DNA of 64,000 bases from Cyanophyceae cyanobacterium (GCA_050331735.1 JBHJGN010000077.1:5062-69061); one strand, 5' to 3'. Shown: positions 17,585-27,004, numbered from the stretch's first letter. A program made the numbers and translations. The notes: generated by a model from the sequence alone, not told the origin.

Positions 17585-17640
17585 CTCATAAAGCTCATTC
17601 CGAAGCTCTTGAGAAATCTCATCTAAAAACTCATAGAAAA
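17585..17640 (-). promoter_or_regulatory. CTCAT (ATGAG on the coding strand) array, copy 1, upstream of the Bell/NACHT pair
   Basis: CTCAT at 17585, 17594, 17618 and 17630 (spacings 9, 24, 12). The block AATCTCATCTAAAAACTCATAGAAAAG is nearly identical to one at 24929-24951. Confidence 0.4.
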
Positions 17641-17647
17641 GTTGGTC

Positions 17648-20600
17648 TTAAACAAAGATCGATTTATAAATGCGGTTCTGAACTTTTAAAGTTCCCTGTT
17701 GCTTAACGACTAGCCCCGATAACAGCAGTTCTCTTTCCTCGGGGCTATTATCTGAAACTATTGCACCTCGGTGTAAAATTTGTCGATAGAGTTCTAGTAG
17801 TCGGACGGACTGTTTGCTCTTGAGCAGGCGATCGCGGATCGTTCTCAAATGCTCGGGTTCATCCTGATATTCCCAATTCTCGACGATCTTGGTTCGCACC
17901 AAGTTTTCGAGCCACTCGGCTTCTTGGTTAGCAGGGATTGAAGAGGAAGCATCGCGGATAAGTTTGCAGAGCTTTTGGGTTAAAAAGGGCTGTCCGTTCG
18001 TCCAGGCAAACACTTCTTTGAGCAGCGTTTGTGGATTATTCACTTTGTCCATTAATCCTTGCAGCAACGGTTGCGCTTCATGCTGTTTAAAGCCCTCTAG
18101 TTGAATCGCCTGACCGATGTTAAAGGGGGTTCTTTGATAGTCGGTTGCTAAATCGCTCGGAGTAGCGACACCAAAAAAAGCAAAGGTTAGGCGTCGATAC
18201 TCTGGATCGATACTGCGCTGATTGTAGCAGGAGCGTATCAGCGCCAAAAAGTCATTAACGGGAAAATTCAGGCTTAAGAGGCTATCAAGTTCATCGATAA
18301 AAATAACTAGATTGGGAAGAGCATTATCTTGGCACTCGACTTCAACTAACAAAATTTCTCGAATAAACTGACTCAATTTTTGTACTGGAGAAAGATCTTC
18401 TTGCTCTCGCCACCAGGTTTTTAAATCGACTGTCCTCAGCAAACCAAAGCCATACCATAGCTCTACGGCTAATCCCTTATACCATTGTTCGGGCGTAACG
18501 CTTTCGCTGCCAATCCGAGTCAGATCGATCGCTCCGCAGCTAAACCCTTCGTGCTGGAGGTGACGCATCATGCGCACCATCAAGCTTGACTTGCCCATCT
18601 GCCGAGGATTGAGAACATGACAAAACTCTCCTCGTTTTAACGCTTTATAAAGACAGCGATCCGCCGAGCGTACCACATAAGTCGGGGCATCCATCGGCAA
18701 ACTTCCCCCCACTTGATAGTCAAACTCAGAGGATTGTTCGGCACTTCTGAGCAGTTCATTTTCAAACATGAGTTCTGCTTGAGTCGCTTGGAGAATTTCC
18801 AAGGTTTGCGATAGCTCTTGAGTGCGTTCTGAAACTCGTTGTTCGAGGGTGCGATTGTAGCCTGCTAGCTGTTTGTAGAGACGGGCATTTTCGATAGAGA
18901 TAGCGGCTTGAGCGGAAAGAATCTTTAAAACTTCTACGCGATCGCTAGTAAAGGCACCGCTGGTTAAATTATTTTCTAAATAGAGAATCCCGATCAGTTG
19001 ATCTTGATGAAGCAAAGGAGTACAAAGAATCGATTTGGGGTGAGTCGCCACTATGTAAGGATCGCCGCTAAACTGTTTTGCCTCAGTCGCGTTGTTTAGC
19101 ACAACGTTTTTGTGGGTGCGGGCAACATAGTGAACGATGGCAACGGATAGAATTGGTGCTTGGCAATCGTCTACAGAGTCAATGGCAATTGATTGCAGAA
19201 CAGCCACCTCATCAGCCTCTACTGCTCCTCCCGCTTCAATTGTTAAGTGATCCTCGTTTGCTAGAATCAGAAAGCTTTTTTGAGCGCCAGCATTCTCAAT
19301 GACAGTTTTCATCAAATTTTTGAGCAATTGGCTCAGCGCGATCTCCCGCGAAATTGTCTGCGAAGCTTTGATAACGCTGGCTACATCTAATCCTGCCTGG
19401 GTCAAGGTTGAAGATAAGCGGTTGGTCGATTCTGAGGCTAAATGTGGGTATCGTTGCTCTAGGTGCTTCACCTTGGCGTGTGCGCCCCATCTTTGGTAGG
19501 CATAATGAGCATCCTGTATGTAGTGGCGAGCAACATGATTCTCCTGAGCTAGGTAAAATTGACCAGCCAGTTCGCAGGCAAGAGCTTCTTCATTAAGATA
19601 GTTGTTTTCCTGAGCCAGCATAATAGCCTGGTCATACTGCTCTCGGGCTTCTTGAACTTGCCCCAACACTCGGCAACGTTCTGCCTCGACTAAATGAAGC
19701 TTGTGTAAAAAATTCATGGGAGCACTTCGCGCCCACGTTCGTATCTGCTTTTGATTACTGGCTACTTTTGCTAAAATTTGTTTCTGTTCAACGGCTAAAG
19801 ACTGAGGGTAGACCGCCAGTCGTGCTAAAGAGTCATAAAAGTAGAAGAGGGGACAAAGCAGCGTTCCTGTAGAGGTGTCTACATAGGGTTCAGCACAAAC
19901 AGCATTTTCAAACGCTTCCTGATACTGATTAAACAGGTAGCAGAGAATTAGTTTGTTGAGATACAGATAGTAAATAGTTGAGCGTTGATTTCTTTGCACA
20001 TAGAGAGGAAGTTCCTGTTCTTCGTTATAAACCTCCCCGACTAGACGGTAGGGTTCGTCTTCTCCAATCAGGTTCAGAACAATTTGATGGATCAGAGTGT
20101 CGTTTCTGAGCTGATTAATGGTACTGCTATAGGTAGTGATTTCCTGCTCTAATTCAGGTAGGGGACGAGCAGCGCTGAAATAGGAAAGATAACAATAGAT
20201 TTGGATAGATAGAGCGGCATGTTCAAGATCTCCCGTGGCTAAACCACTGTGATAGGCAGCTAATAAGGCGCTAAACGTCTGGCTAATGTGGAATTTCCCA
20301 GGAATTGTAAAATAGGTGGTCACAAAGAGGGTCATCGCTTTGAGTTCTTTCGCGTTTAACCGCTCTAACAGACGCAAAGCAAGCTGACCGAATTGGTAGC
20401 CAAGCTCAAAGTTTGCGGCTCTACAGAGAATCAATCCGTAATTCGCATAGGCATGGGTATGAGCAACAGCGTTGCCATAGTGAAGAGCCAAATTAATTTG
20501 GGCAAAGATAATGAGCGGCAACAGGTGAGGACGGGCTATATAGGCGGCAGGGCAGAGAGTGAGTAGGATACGGGTAGCGGCAATTTTGGTCGGATCGCTC

Positions 20601-23269
20601 ATCAAAGGCGCATCCAGTAAGTCTTGAGGCTGTTTTTGTGCCAAGGATTGTTGCAGCGTCTCGAACCCCAAGCTCACGTCAGATTCAGAAGGCTGCGTCG
20701 GTAAATTCACGCCGAGGATTTTCAGCACCGAGATGCCAAGCTGGAGGGCTTCGGTAAATTTTTTCTGGGCTTTGAGCGCTTGGATTTCGATTTCGTGAAC
20801 TTTCACCTGCTCTAAGTCAGATTGAGCCTGTTGCCGTACCGCCTGAACTAACTGCTCCATCCGCCTAAAATCGTGGTTGAGATAGGCTGCCTCTGCGGCG
20901 GCGGTGTGTAGAGCTAGCGATAGGTCGTATTGCTGCCAGTTTGCTTCAAGTAGTTCTAAGCCGACGGTAAAGTAGGTGAAGGCAGATTGATGGGCGGCTG
21001 ATGCTTTCGCGATCGCTCCTGCCTGGAGATTTAAGCGGGCGAGTTGCTCTCGCTCTGGACGGTGGGAGAGCAGTGACCGTCCCTGGTTGAGCTGATTAAC
21101 AATCGTAAAGGGGTCCGATTCTAGGGGGGTGTGTTTGAGCAACCGTTGACCAATCTGCCAATGCACAGCCTGGGTTTCTGCCTGGGGAATGAGGCCATAG
21201 ACCACCTGCTGGATGCGATCGTGGGCAAACTTGTATCCGGCTGATTTTGATAAACCGTTTACCTCCAGCGACCTTAGCGTGTAGCTGTCGTTCAGGGGTA
21301 GAATATATCCCTCGGCGATCGCTGCCTCTAAATCTACTGCTACTTCCCGAGCCGTTTTTTCAGAGATAATCGCTAATCGGTCTAAAGTAAATCGGTTCCC
21401 CAGGCAGGCGGCTAATTTCAACGCGGCCTGAGTTGGTGGCGTTAGCTGTTTGACCTTCTCCGCCATCAATTGGGCGACATTATCCGCAATCGGCTGGGTT
21501 TGAATCTGCTTCAAATCCCACCGCCATTGCCCTCGTTCGTCATCAAATTCGATCAGCGATCGCTCGTGTAGAGATTTCAAAAACTCGCTGACAAAAAAAG
21601 GATTGCCCCCCGTTTTTGCCTGTAACATCGTTGCCAGCGGACTGGCGGTGGTGGAGTCAACCCGAAAAGTATCGCTGAGCAGTTGGCGAGTATGGGTTTG
21701 GGTTAGGGGCAACAGCGAAATTTGATTAACGGTGATAGAAGACTCGATTTCCCTTAAAGTGAGCAGGAGCGAACTCTCGCTTACTTCGTTGTCTCGATAG
21801 GCTCCAATCAGCAGCAAGTATTGGCTATTTCCAGCCGTGAATAACCGTTGAATAATTTCAAGCGTGGCTCGATCTGCCCACTGCAAATCGTCTAAGAAGA
21901 TGACGAGGGGATGTTCCGGTTGAGTAAAAACTTTAACAAAATCTTGCCATACCCGATGAAAACGATTTTGCGCCTCTGTCGGCGCAAGGTTTGGGAGGGC
22001 TGCTTGGGAACCGATAATCAATTCTAAGTCGGGCAGAACATCGAGCATCACCTGTCCATTTGCCCCCAAAGCCACCAACAGTTTTTCCCGCCATTCTGCA
22101 ATCTTGGGTTTACTTTCAGTCAGTAGCTGTTGGATTAATGACTGAAACGCTTGAATTAGGGGAGCATAGGGAATGTTGCGCTGTAGCCGCTCAGATTTCC
22201 CAGAGATAAAGTAGCCTCGCTGACGGGTCAGGGGCTGATACACCTCCTGCACCAGAGCGGATTTACCCACCCCTGAATGTCCGCAAATCACCATCATTTC
22301 GCTAGCGCCTTGGCTCACGCGATCGCAGGCAGCTAATAAGCGAGCCAACTCTGCTTCTCTTCCGTAGAGCTTTGGGGAAATTTGAAACCGATCGGAAATA
22401 TCCACTTGACCTAATGGAAAGGAAGCAATTTGCCCTTGGGTTTGCCACTGATGCCAACAGTGTTCCAAATCTGCCTTGAGTCCAAAAGCCGATTGATAGC
22501 GATCTTCGGCGTTTTTGGCCATCAGCTTGAGCACAATGTCTGAAATTGCCGGGGGAAGGTTGGCATTATGTTGATGGGGAGGAAGCGGAGATTTGGCAAT
22601 ATGGCCGTGAATTAATTCCAGAACATCCTCTGTAGGAAAGGGCAACCGACCAGTGAGCAGTTCATAAAAGGTTACCCCGAGAGAGTAAAAATCCGTTCGC
22701 TCATCGATTGCCCGATTCATCCGCCCCGTCTGCTCTGGGGAAATATACGTTAATGTTCCCCTTAATACCTTTGGATGACGAGTTGAGTTTTTCGGGGTCA
22801 GTAGGAGCGAGCTACCGAAGTCGATCAGTTTGACCTGCTCAGTCGCGGGACTCCAAACAATATTGGACGGGTTGATATCGTTGTGGACAACGTGCTGTTG
22901 ATGCACTTGGGCAAGAATACGAGCAAGTTGAATGGCAAGCGGGAGAAACTCCGTGACAGAGAGAGGGCGCTCTTCAATCACCCGATCGAGAGCTTGCCCC
23001 CCAAAATCCTCTAAAACCAAGAGCCAGCGGTCCTGCTCATTCTCTAAACCATAGACTTGTACTACCCCTGGCAAGTTAAGTTGATTGAGTTTTTTGGTGG
23101 TTTCATACTCCTGTCTAAACCAAGCAATTTCCTCGGGTGTCGGGTAAGGCTGTTTGAGAAATTTGAGAATGACGGGTTGACAATCTGCTAATCGTCGTCC
23201 GCGATAGACTTGCGAGCTAGCGCTTTCGTGAAGCTGTTCGATAATTTGGTAGTCTAAAACACAAATCAC
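17648..23269 (-). CDS. Multidomain signalling NTPase: Ser/Thr protein kinase + AAA_16-type STAND ATPase + TPR-like helical array + GAF + coiled coil + C-terminal AAA-like (AAA_35-type) NTPase
   Basis: GTG start with GGAG 6 nt upstream. Kinase motifs [18 protein letters not shown] (aa ~6-270). P-loop GHSGVGKS with [12 protein letters not shown]. Long helical repeat region. GAF ([19 protein letters not shown]...ILYLENN...ISIENARLY). Coiled coil. Last 359 aa: [34 protein letters not shown]. Confidence 0.8.
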   Translation of the reverse strand: MICVLDYQIIEQLHESASSQVYRGRRLADCQPVILKFLKQPYPTPEEIAWFRQEYETTKKLNQLNLPGVVQVYGLENEQDRWLLVLEDFGGQALDRVIEERPLSVTEFLPLAIQLARILAQVHQQHVVHNDINPSNIVWSPATEQVKLIDFGSSLLLTPKNSTRHPKVLRGTLTYISPEQTGRMNRAIDERTDFYSLGVTFYELLTGRLPFPTEDVLELIHGHIAKSPLPPHQHNANLPPAISDIVLKLMAKNAEDRYQSAFGLKADLEHCWHQWQTQGQIASFPLGQVDISDRFQISPKLYGREAELARLLAACDRVSQGASEMMVICGHSGVGKSALVQEVYQPLTRQRGYFISGKSERLQRNIPYAPLIQAFQSLIQQLLTESKPKIAEWREKLLVALGANGQVMLDVLPDLELIIGSQAALPNLAPTEAQNRFHRVWQDFVKVFTQPEHPLVIFLDDLQWADRATLEIIQRLFTAGNSQYLLLIGAYRDNEVSESSLLLTLREIESSITVNQISLLPLTQTHTRQLLSDTFRVDSTTASPLATMLQAKTGGNPFFVSEFLKSLHERSLIEFDDERGQWRWDLKQIQTQPIADNVAQLMAEKVKQLTPPTQAALKLAACLGNRFTLDRLAIISEKTAREVAVDLEAAIAEGYILPLNDSYTLRSLEVNGLSKSAGYKFAHDRIQQVVYGLIPQAETQAVHWQIGQRLLKHTPLESDPFTIVNQLNQGRSLLSHRPEREQLARLNLQAGAIAKASAAHQSAFTYFTVGLELLEANWQQYDLSLALHTAAAEAAYLNHDFRRMEQLVQAVRQQAQSDLEQVKVHEIEIQALKAQKKFTEALQLGISVLKILGVNLPTQPSESDVSLGFETLQQSLAQKQPQDLLDAPLMSDPTKIAATRILLTLCPAAYIARPHLLPLIIFAQINLALHYGNAVAHTHAYANYGLILCRAANFELGYQFGQLALRLLERLNAKELKAMTLFVTTYFTIPGKFHISQTFSALLAAYHSGLATGDLEHAALSIQIYCYLSYFSAARPLPELEQEITTYSSTINQLRNDTLIHQIVLNLIGEDEPYRLVGEVYNEEQELPLYVQRNQRSTIYYLYLNKLILCYLFNQYQEAFENAVCAEPYVDTSTGTLLCPLFYFYDSLARLAVYPQSLAVEQKQILAKVASNQKQIRTWARSAPMNFLHKLHLVEAERCRVLGQVQEAREQYDQAIMLAQENNYLNEEALACELAGQFYLAQENHVARHYIQDAHYAYQRWGAHAKVKHLEQRYPHLASESTNRLSSTLTQAGLDVASVIKASQTISREIALSQLLKNLMKTVIENAGAQKSFLILANEDHLTIEAGGAVEADEVAVLQSIAIDSVDDCQAPILSVAIVHYVARTHKNVVLNNATEAKQFSGDPYIVATHPKSILCTPLLHQDQLIGILYLENNLTSGAFTSDRVEVLKILSAQAAISIENARLYKQLAGYNRTLEQRVSERTQELSQTLEILQATQAELMFENELLRSAEQSSEFDYQVGGSLPMDAPTYVVRSADRCLYKALKRGEFCHVLNPRQMGKSSLMVRMMRHLQHEGFSCGAIDLTRIGSESVTPEQWYKGLAVELWYGFGLLRTVDLKTWWREQEDLSPVQKLSQFIREILLVEVECQDNALPNLVIFIDELDSLLSLNFPVNDFLALIRSCYNQRSIDPEYRRLTFAFFGVATPSDLATDYQRTPFNIGQAIQLEGFKQHEAQPLLQGLMDKVNNPQTLLKEVFAWTNGQPFLTQKLCKLIRDASSSIPANQEAEWLENLVRTKIVENWEYQDEPEHLRTIRDRLLKSKQSVRLLELYRQILHRGAIVSDNSPEERELLLSGLVVKQQGTLKVQNRIYKSIFV

Positions 23270-23287
23270 GACGCTCTCCGTTTGCTT

Positions 23288-24817
23288 CTAGAACCAGGTC
23301 AGATGTCTAGGCTGCCGTTGTTGCCGTTCAGCAGATCGCTTTTGCAGTGCTTCTACCAAGGCTTTCTCACTTGTGTCTTCTGGGGAGGGACCGTACAAAA
23401 TCCCGACAACCTTTTTCATCTTCTCCACGTCGTAGTGATGTTCGCCATGTTCGTGTTCGTGACTAGGACCAGCCCAAGGGGAATCGGTGTGAACCCACTG
23501 CCCTTTCTCGAACCAATCTACGCCTTGAATAACCGTCTTCACCACCTCACCGGGATGAGCCGCTTCATGGGCGCTGAACCAGTCATTGATGCGGTCATCC
23601 ACCCAGCCGTGCAGCCGCCAGAACACCGGGTTGACGTGAGAGGAATAGAACTCGCCCAAAAAATCGTATTCGGGGCGATCCCAAAAGTCACGGATGTCGT
23701 TGTCTTCCCGTCCAGATGGCAGTACGCCGAGCGCGGGATGATAGGGGGCTGATGTCCAACGCATGTGCATATCGTTATGAACCGAGTACTCAAGCAGTGC
23801 ACCAAGTTCTCCGAGCGAGAGGGTACTGAGGTACTGTTTGTTCTTAAACTCCCGGTCCCACCACGCCATCCGCGACCAGTAGTGTCCGTCTGTCTTTAAT
23901 AGAGCAATGCGGCGGTTGGTGATTTCGTCGGTCGGATCGATCCAGGCTGGAGGAATAGCAAATCCGTCTGGGTTGCCGGGGGTGGGGAGAACTGGCGGGT
24001 CTTCCTCGTAGTCTGGTTCGGCTCCCACAGAACCGGGACGGGGAATCGTCGGCCATCCGGCGATCGGCTCCTGTCCAGCTTCCTTGATCTTGCGATTCAC
24101 TTCTTGAATCATCTGTCGGTGCATGAAGAGAAAGTCCTCACCGGAGCCATTGCGAATTAGGGGAGCACCTGTCGCATCGACTGACGGACGTTCTTCTTCG
24201 CCGCCTGGTTGCCATCCAAGTTCTCGAATTGCCTGTTTTTTCTCTTCGTTGATCATCGGATTAAGCCACAATCCGCGCACACTGTGCCAAACGGTATGGT
24301 GGAGCCGATGGTGTTTCGATGCCAGCATCTTGAGAACTTCCTGTGGAAGCGGAATGACCGTTCTTGGCTCAGGGAAATCCCGTTGAACAGCAACGAAAGA
24401 GGCTACTACGCCAGCCGGACTATCCTCGCCATGCTCCACAGTTCGGATTACCGTTCCTACCAACGCAGGTCGCTGATTCTTTCCGTTCGGCCACTCAGGG
24501 ACAAAATAGGCGACGTAATCGTACACCCACCCCTGGGCAAATGTTCCCAACACGCCAGTCCCTTGAAATCTTAGGGAAAATGGGTTGCCTGTCTGGAGCG
24601 AGCCTTGGAGTGAGAGTCGGGCGTCATTCATCTTCGGCGGGTCACTCCTAAAGGCAAGCTGTCCGCGAATCGTCCCAGGCTCGGCAGCCGCCTCAAATAC
24701 CATCTCACCTTCCCCAAAGATGAGGTTTTTGAGCTTGTCACAATCATCGCTGACTGGCTCAGTAATGTTGTTATAGCTGCGGTAGGTCCAAGCCCCGCTC
24801 AGAAATTCGTTGGTCAT
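23288..24817 (-). CDS. Divergent tyrosinase-like (type-3 copper-like) protein with N-terminal beta-rich domain
   Basis: FLFMHRQMIQEV resembles FLPWHRxxLxxFE. HNDMHMRW resembles HNxVHxWxGG. NPVFWRLHGWVDDRI resembles DPxFWLHHAxVDRLW. There is also a His cluster, HHRLHHTVWH. The canonical CuA His at -9 is missing and the CuB spacing is longer than usual. No signal peptide. Confidence 0.4.
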   Translation of the reverse strand: MTNEFLSGAWTYRSYNNITEPVSDDCDKLKNLIFGEGEMVFEAAAEPGTIRGQLAFRSDPPKMNDARLSLQGSLQTGNPFSLRFQGTGVLGTFAQGWVYDYVAYFVPEWPNGKNQRPALVGTVIRTVEHGEDSPAGVVASFVAVQRDFPEPRTVIPLPQEVLKMLASKHHRLHHTVWHSVRGLWLNPMINEEKKQAIRELGWQPGGEEERPSVDATGAPLIRNGSGEDFLFMHRQMIQEVNRKIKEAGQEPIAGWPTIPRPGSVGAEPDYEEDPPVLPTPGNPDGFAIPPAWIDPTDEITNRRIALLKTDGHYWSRMAWWDREFKNKQYLSTLSLGELGALLEYSVHNDMHMRWTSAPYHPALGVLPSGREDNDIRDFWDRPEYDFLGEFYSSHVNPVFWRLHGWVDDRINDWFSAHEAAHPGEVVKTVIQGVDWFEKGQWVHTDSPWAGPSHEHEHGEHHYDVEKMKKVVGILYGPSPEDTSEKALVEALQKRSAERQQRQPRHLTWF

Positions 24818-24930
24818 GATGTTCTCCTTGGTTCGCGGTCGGTTATCAGCTTGCGGCTATATACTCTACAGGCATGAGCATGGCGGCTTTAAGCTGTGCT
24901 TCATAGTATTCTTGCTCTGAGCCTTTTAAT

Positions 24931-24956
24931 CTCATAAAACTCATAGAAAAGCTCAT
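24931..24956 (-). promoter_or_regulatory. CTCAT array, copy 2, upstream of the tyrosinase-like/kinase genes
   Basis: CTCAT at 24931, 24940 and 24952 (spacings 9, 12). AATCTCATAAAACTCATAGAAAAG matches copy 1. Lies 115-140 nt upstream of the ATG at 24817. Confidence 0.4.
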
Positions 24957-24978
24957 AAAAAACTTAGGCGATCGCCCT

Positions 24979-26358
24979 CTAGCTCTCAAAAACCGATGTG
25001 ATGGACAGATGTTGTCCCTTGGTAAAATACTGCCGATACAGTTCGCACCCGGCGATCGCGCGATTGCCGCAAAGTTTAATTAACCCCATACTGCATAGCT
25101 TGTGGGTTTGAATCGGATCTAAGGAAACAGGTTCAGCGGCATTTAGAACCTGATGAAGAGCCTGCATCAACTCAGGCTGTTGTTCTAGGGTGGCCCAATG
25201 ACGCTGCAGGTGATGAGCATATATTCCTGTCGCCGTGAACGCCGTTTTTAGCAGTTGCGATAGCGTTATTTCTCCCCGATTCAGATGATAGAGTGCCAGA
25301 TTCACCAGTGCAGGATGACCCCCGACTAGAGACATCAGTTGCTGGGCTTCTTTGTCATCCGTCCAGTCCAGTCCGTAACGTTGGGCTAGGAGCTGTACTT
25401 CCTCTGGAGTAAAATCCTCTAACTGAATGGGTAGCCCGACATTGAATGGGGATTGGTTACAGTCGAGAGGAACGTAAATTTCTGTTGAGTGAACCACAAT
25501 CAGACGCAGCTTTCGCCAAATCGGTAATCTTTTTGTTTCTTCGTACCACGACCGCAACAGCGGTAAAAAATCCTGCGCCACCTGCGGATGCTCGAAAATC
25601 TGGTTCACTTCATCTAGCGCCAAGACGAGGGGAGCGTCGATTGACTCTAATAAATAGTCTCGAAAGTAAAGGGTGCAGCTCAGATTACTGCCCAAATCTT
25701 TGTCCCAATACTCGTCTAGCATCGGTTTAAGCTCAAGCTGGCGAGAGATACTCGTACACAGCCAGCGCAAAAATTGATTCAAATTACCCAAAATTGATTG
25801 CTCGACTTGCTCTAGGTTCAGGCTGACGGTATGGTATCCCAGGTGAGAGGCGTAGTTAAGGCTCCTCAGCAGCAGTGAGGTTTTCCCCATTTCTCTCGGA
25901 GCCTTAATCCGAATTAACGCTCCTGATTTTCTCACTTCTCGCTCGACTTGTTCCTTAACAGAAGAGCGTTCGAGGTAAAAGGGAGAGTCAAGCGGAACTG
26001 AGCCGCTGGGGTAGCAAGGTGACGGATCCTGGTTGACATGGGGGAACGCTTCCGCCAGAGGTGACCTTAAAGGTCTTGTTTGAGGGTCGGGTCTGGTGGT
26101 GACGTAAGACTCCAGTAATCCCCGACAGTTCTTTTTGGTCACGCGCTGACCGACGACCTTAGAAAGTCGCTGATACAGCTCTGGGGCAGCAACGTTGGTA
26201 AAGTAGCCAGGACTATAGCCTGCCTCGATTGCAATCTGGTTGTAGGTTTTATACTGCCAAATACCCTGTAGGATCAGCATTTCTGCGGGATTGAGGGGTC
26301 GATTTTGGCTCTCAATGAGCTGGCGGTCAACAATTTTACAGAGATTATCTAAATTCAT
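24979..26358 (-). CDS. AAA-like (AAA_35-type) NTPase with N-terminal HTH-like module of the type labelled vWA-MoxR-associated N-terminal domain
   Basis: The N-terminus LNPAEMLILQGIWQYKTYNQIAIEAGYSPGYFTNVAAPELYQRLSKVVGQRVTKKNCRGLLE fits a cyanobacterial N-terminal module I recall. Then YPSGSVPLDSPFYLER, Walker A REMGKTSLL and Walker B LVLALDEVN. This part is paralogous to the C-terminal 359 aa of the 1873-aa protein. Confidence 0.7.
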   Translation of the reverse strand: MNLDNLCKIVDRQLIESQNRPLNPAEMLILQGIWQYKTYNQIAIEAGYSPGYFTNVAAPELYQRLSKVVGQRVTKKNCRGLLESYVTTRPDPQTRPLRSPLAEAFPHVNQDPSPCYPSGSVPLDSPFYLERSSVKEQVEREVRKSGALIRIKAPREMGKTSLLLRSLNYASHLGYHTVSLNLEQVEQSILGNLNQFLRWLCTSISRQLELKPMLDEYWDKDLGSNLSCTLYFRDYLLESIDAPLVLALDEVNQIFEHPQVAQDFLPLLRSWYEETKRLPIWRKLRLIVVHSTEIYVPLDCNQSPFNVGLPIQLEDFTPEEVQLLAQRYGLDWTDDKEAQQLMSLVGGHPALVNLALYHLNRGEITLSQLLKTAFTATGIYAHHLQRHWATLEQQPELMQALHQVLNAAEPVSLDPIQTHKLCSMGLIKLCGNRAIAGCELYRQYFTKGQHLSITSVFES

Positions 26359-26466
26359 AAGCCAATCTCCATCGAGTTTTACAGAGCGTTTCAGACTATG
26401 TAATTGAGCTGGCAGCTCCGGCGGAACGTTGAGCGTCGAGAAGAGGGCAAACTAACTGCTAATTAG

Positions 26467-26622
26467 CTAATACCATTTACCGAAAGTAGTCAGATAGTTC
26501 CCAAACTAACCAACAATTGGAGGTTCAAGGGGAAAGAGCTGCTGTGCTTCCCTTTCCCCTTGACCCCTTCCCCTTTCCCCCAACTCATCAAGTCTCCTAT
26601 TACTTTTTCTAATTGGTATAAG
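26467..26622. mobile_element. MITE-like element, copy A (~156 bp)
   Basis: Terminal inverted repeats CTAATACCATTTACCGAAAGTAGT ... ATTACTTTTTCTAATTGGTATAAG. Internal GGGGAAAG/CTTTCCCC hairpin core. Two more copies lie at 43991 and 44197. No coding capacity. Confidence 0.75.
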
Positions 26623-26738
26623 ATGCCCGCTCATTTTTGTTCCATTGCGTCCTCCTTATTGTCTACTGATTTGAGTTTTACTTCTGTCTTCTGGTTTATC
26701 TTTATTGATTAATCATTGACACAGTTTTTGCTAGAGGT

Positions 26739-27004
26739 GTGCTCATGTGGTCTCTTAAAGCTTCGCGCCAGGGATTAACCCAAATCAAACGAGCGATCGC
26801 CTTCACGCCAAATGGGCAAGTGCTAGCCAGCAGCAGCACCGATGGAACGATCCGACCCTGGGATATGAAAATCGGACAAACTGTGAAGCGGCTGCGCCCG
26901 CCAAGACCCTATGAGGGGATAAATATTGCTGACGTTGGGGGTTAACGGCAGCCCAGGAAAACGCCCTGATTGCCCTAGGAGCAACTCGATCTAGGGGCAA
27001 TTAA
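26739..27004 (+). pseudogene. Collapsed remnant of a WD40-repeat STAND/signalling gene
   Basis: The 68-aa ORF joins an N-terminal SLKASRQGLTQIKRA motif to one WD40 blade (IAFTPNGQVLASSSTDGTIRPWD) and the usual C-terminal tail RPYEGINIADVGG. The rest of the tail (GLTAAQENALIALGA) continues in the +1 frame. Confidence 0.55.

Noticed and set aside
23282-23752. 156-aa plus-strand ORF, and similar long antisense or alternate-frame ORFs (e.g. 36500..37006, 38045..38680, 33970..34464, 42595..43023, 52057..52476, 59345..59818, 56358..56729, 57481..57825)
   Set aside because: All lie fully inside well-supported genes on the opposite strand or in another frame. Their Arg/Pro/Ser/Gly-rich composition is typical of shadow ORFs, and none has motifs.
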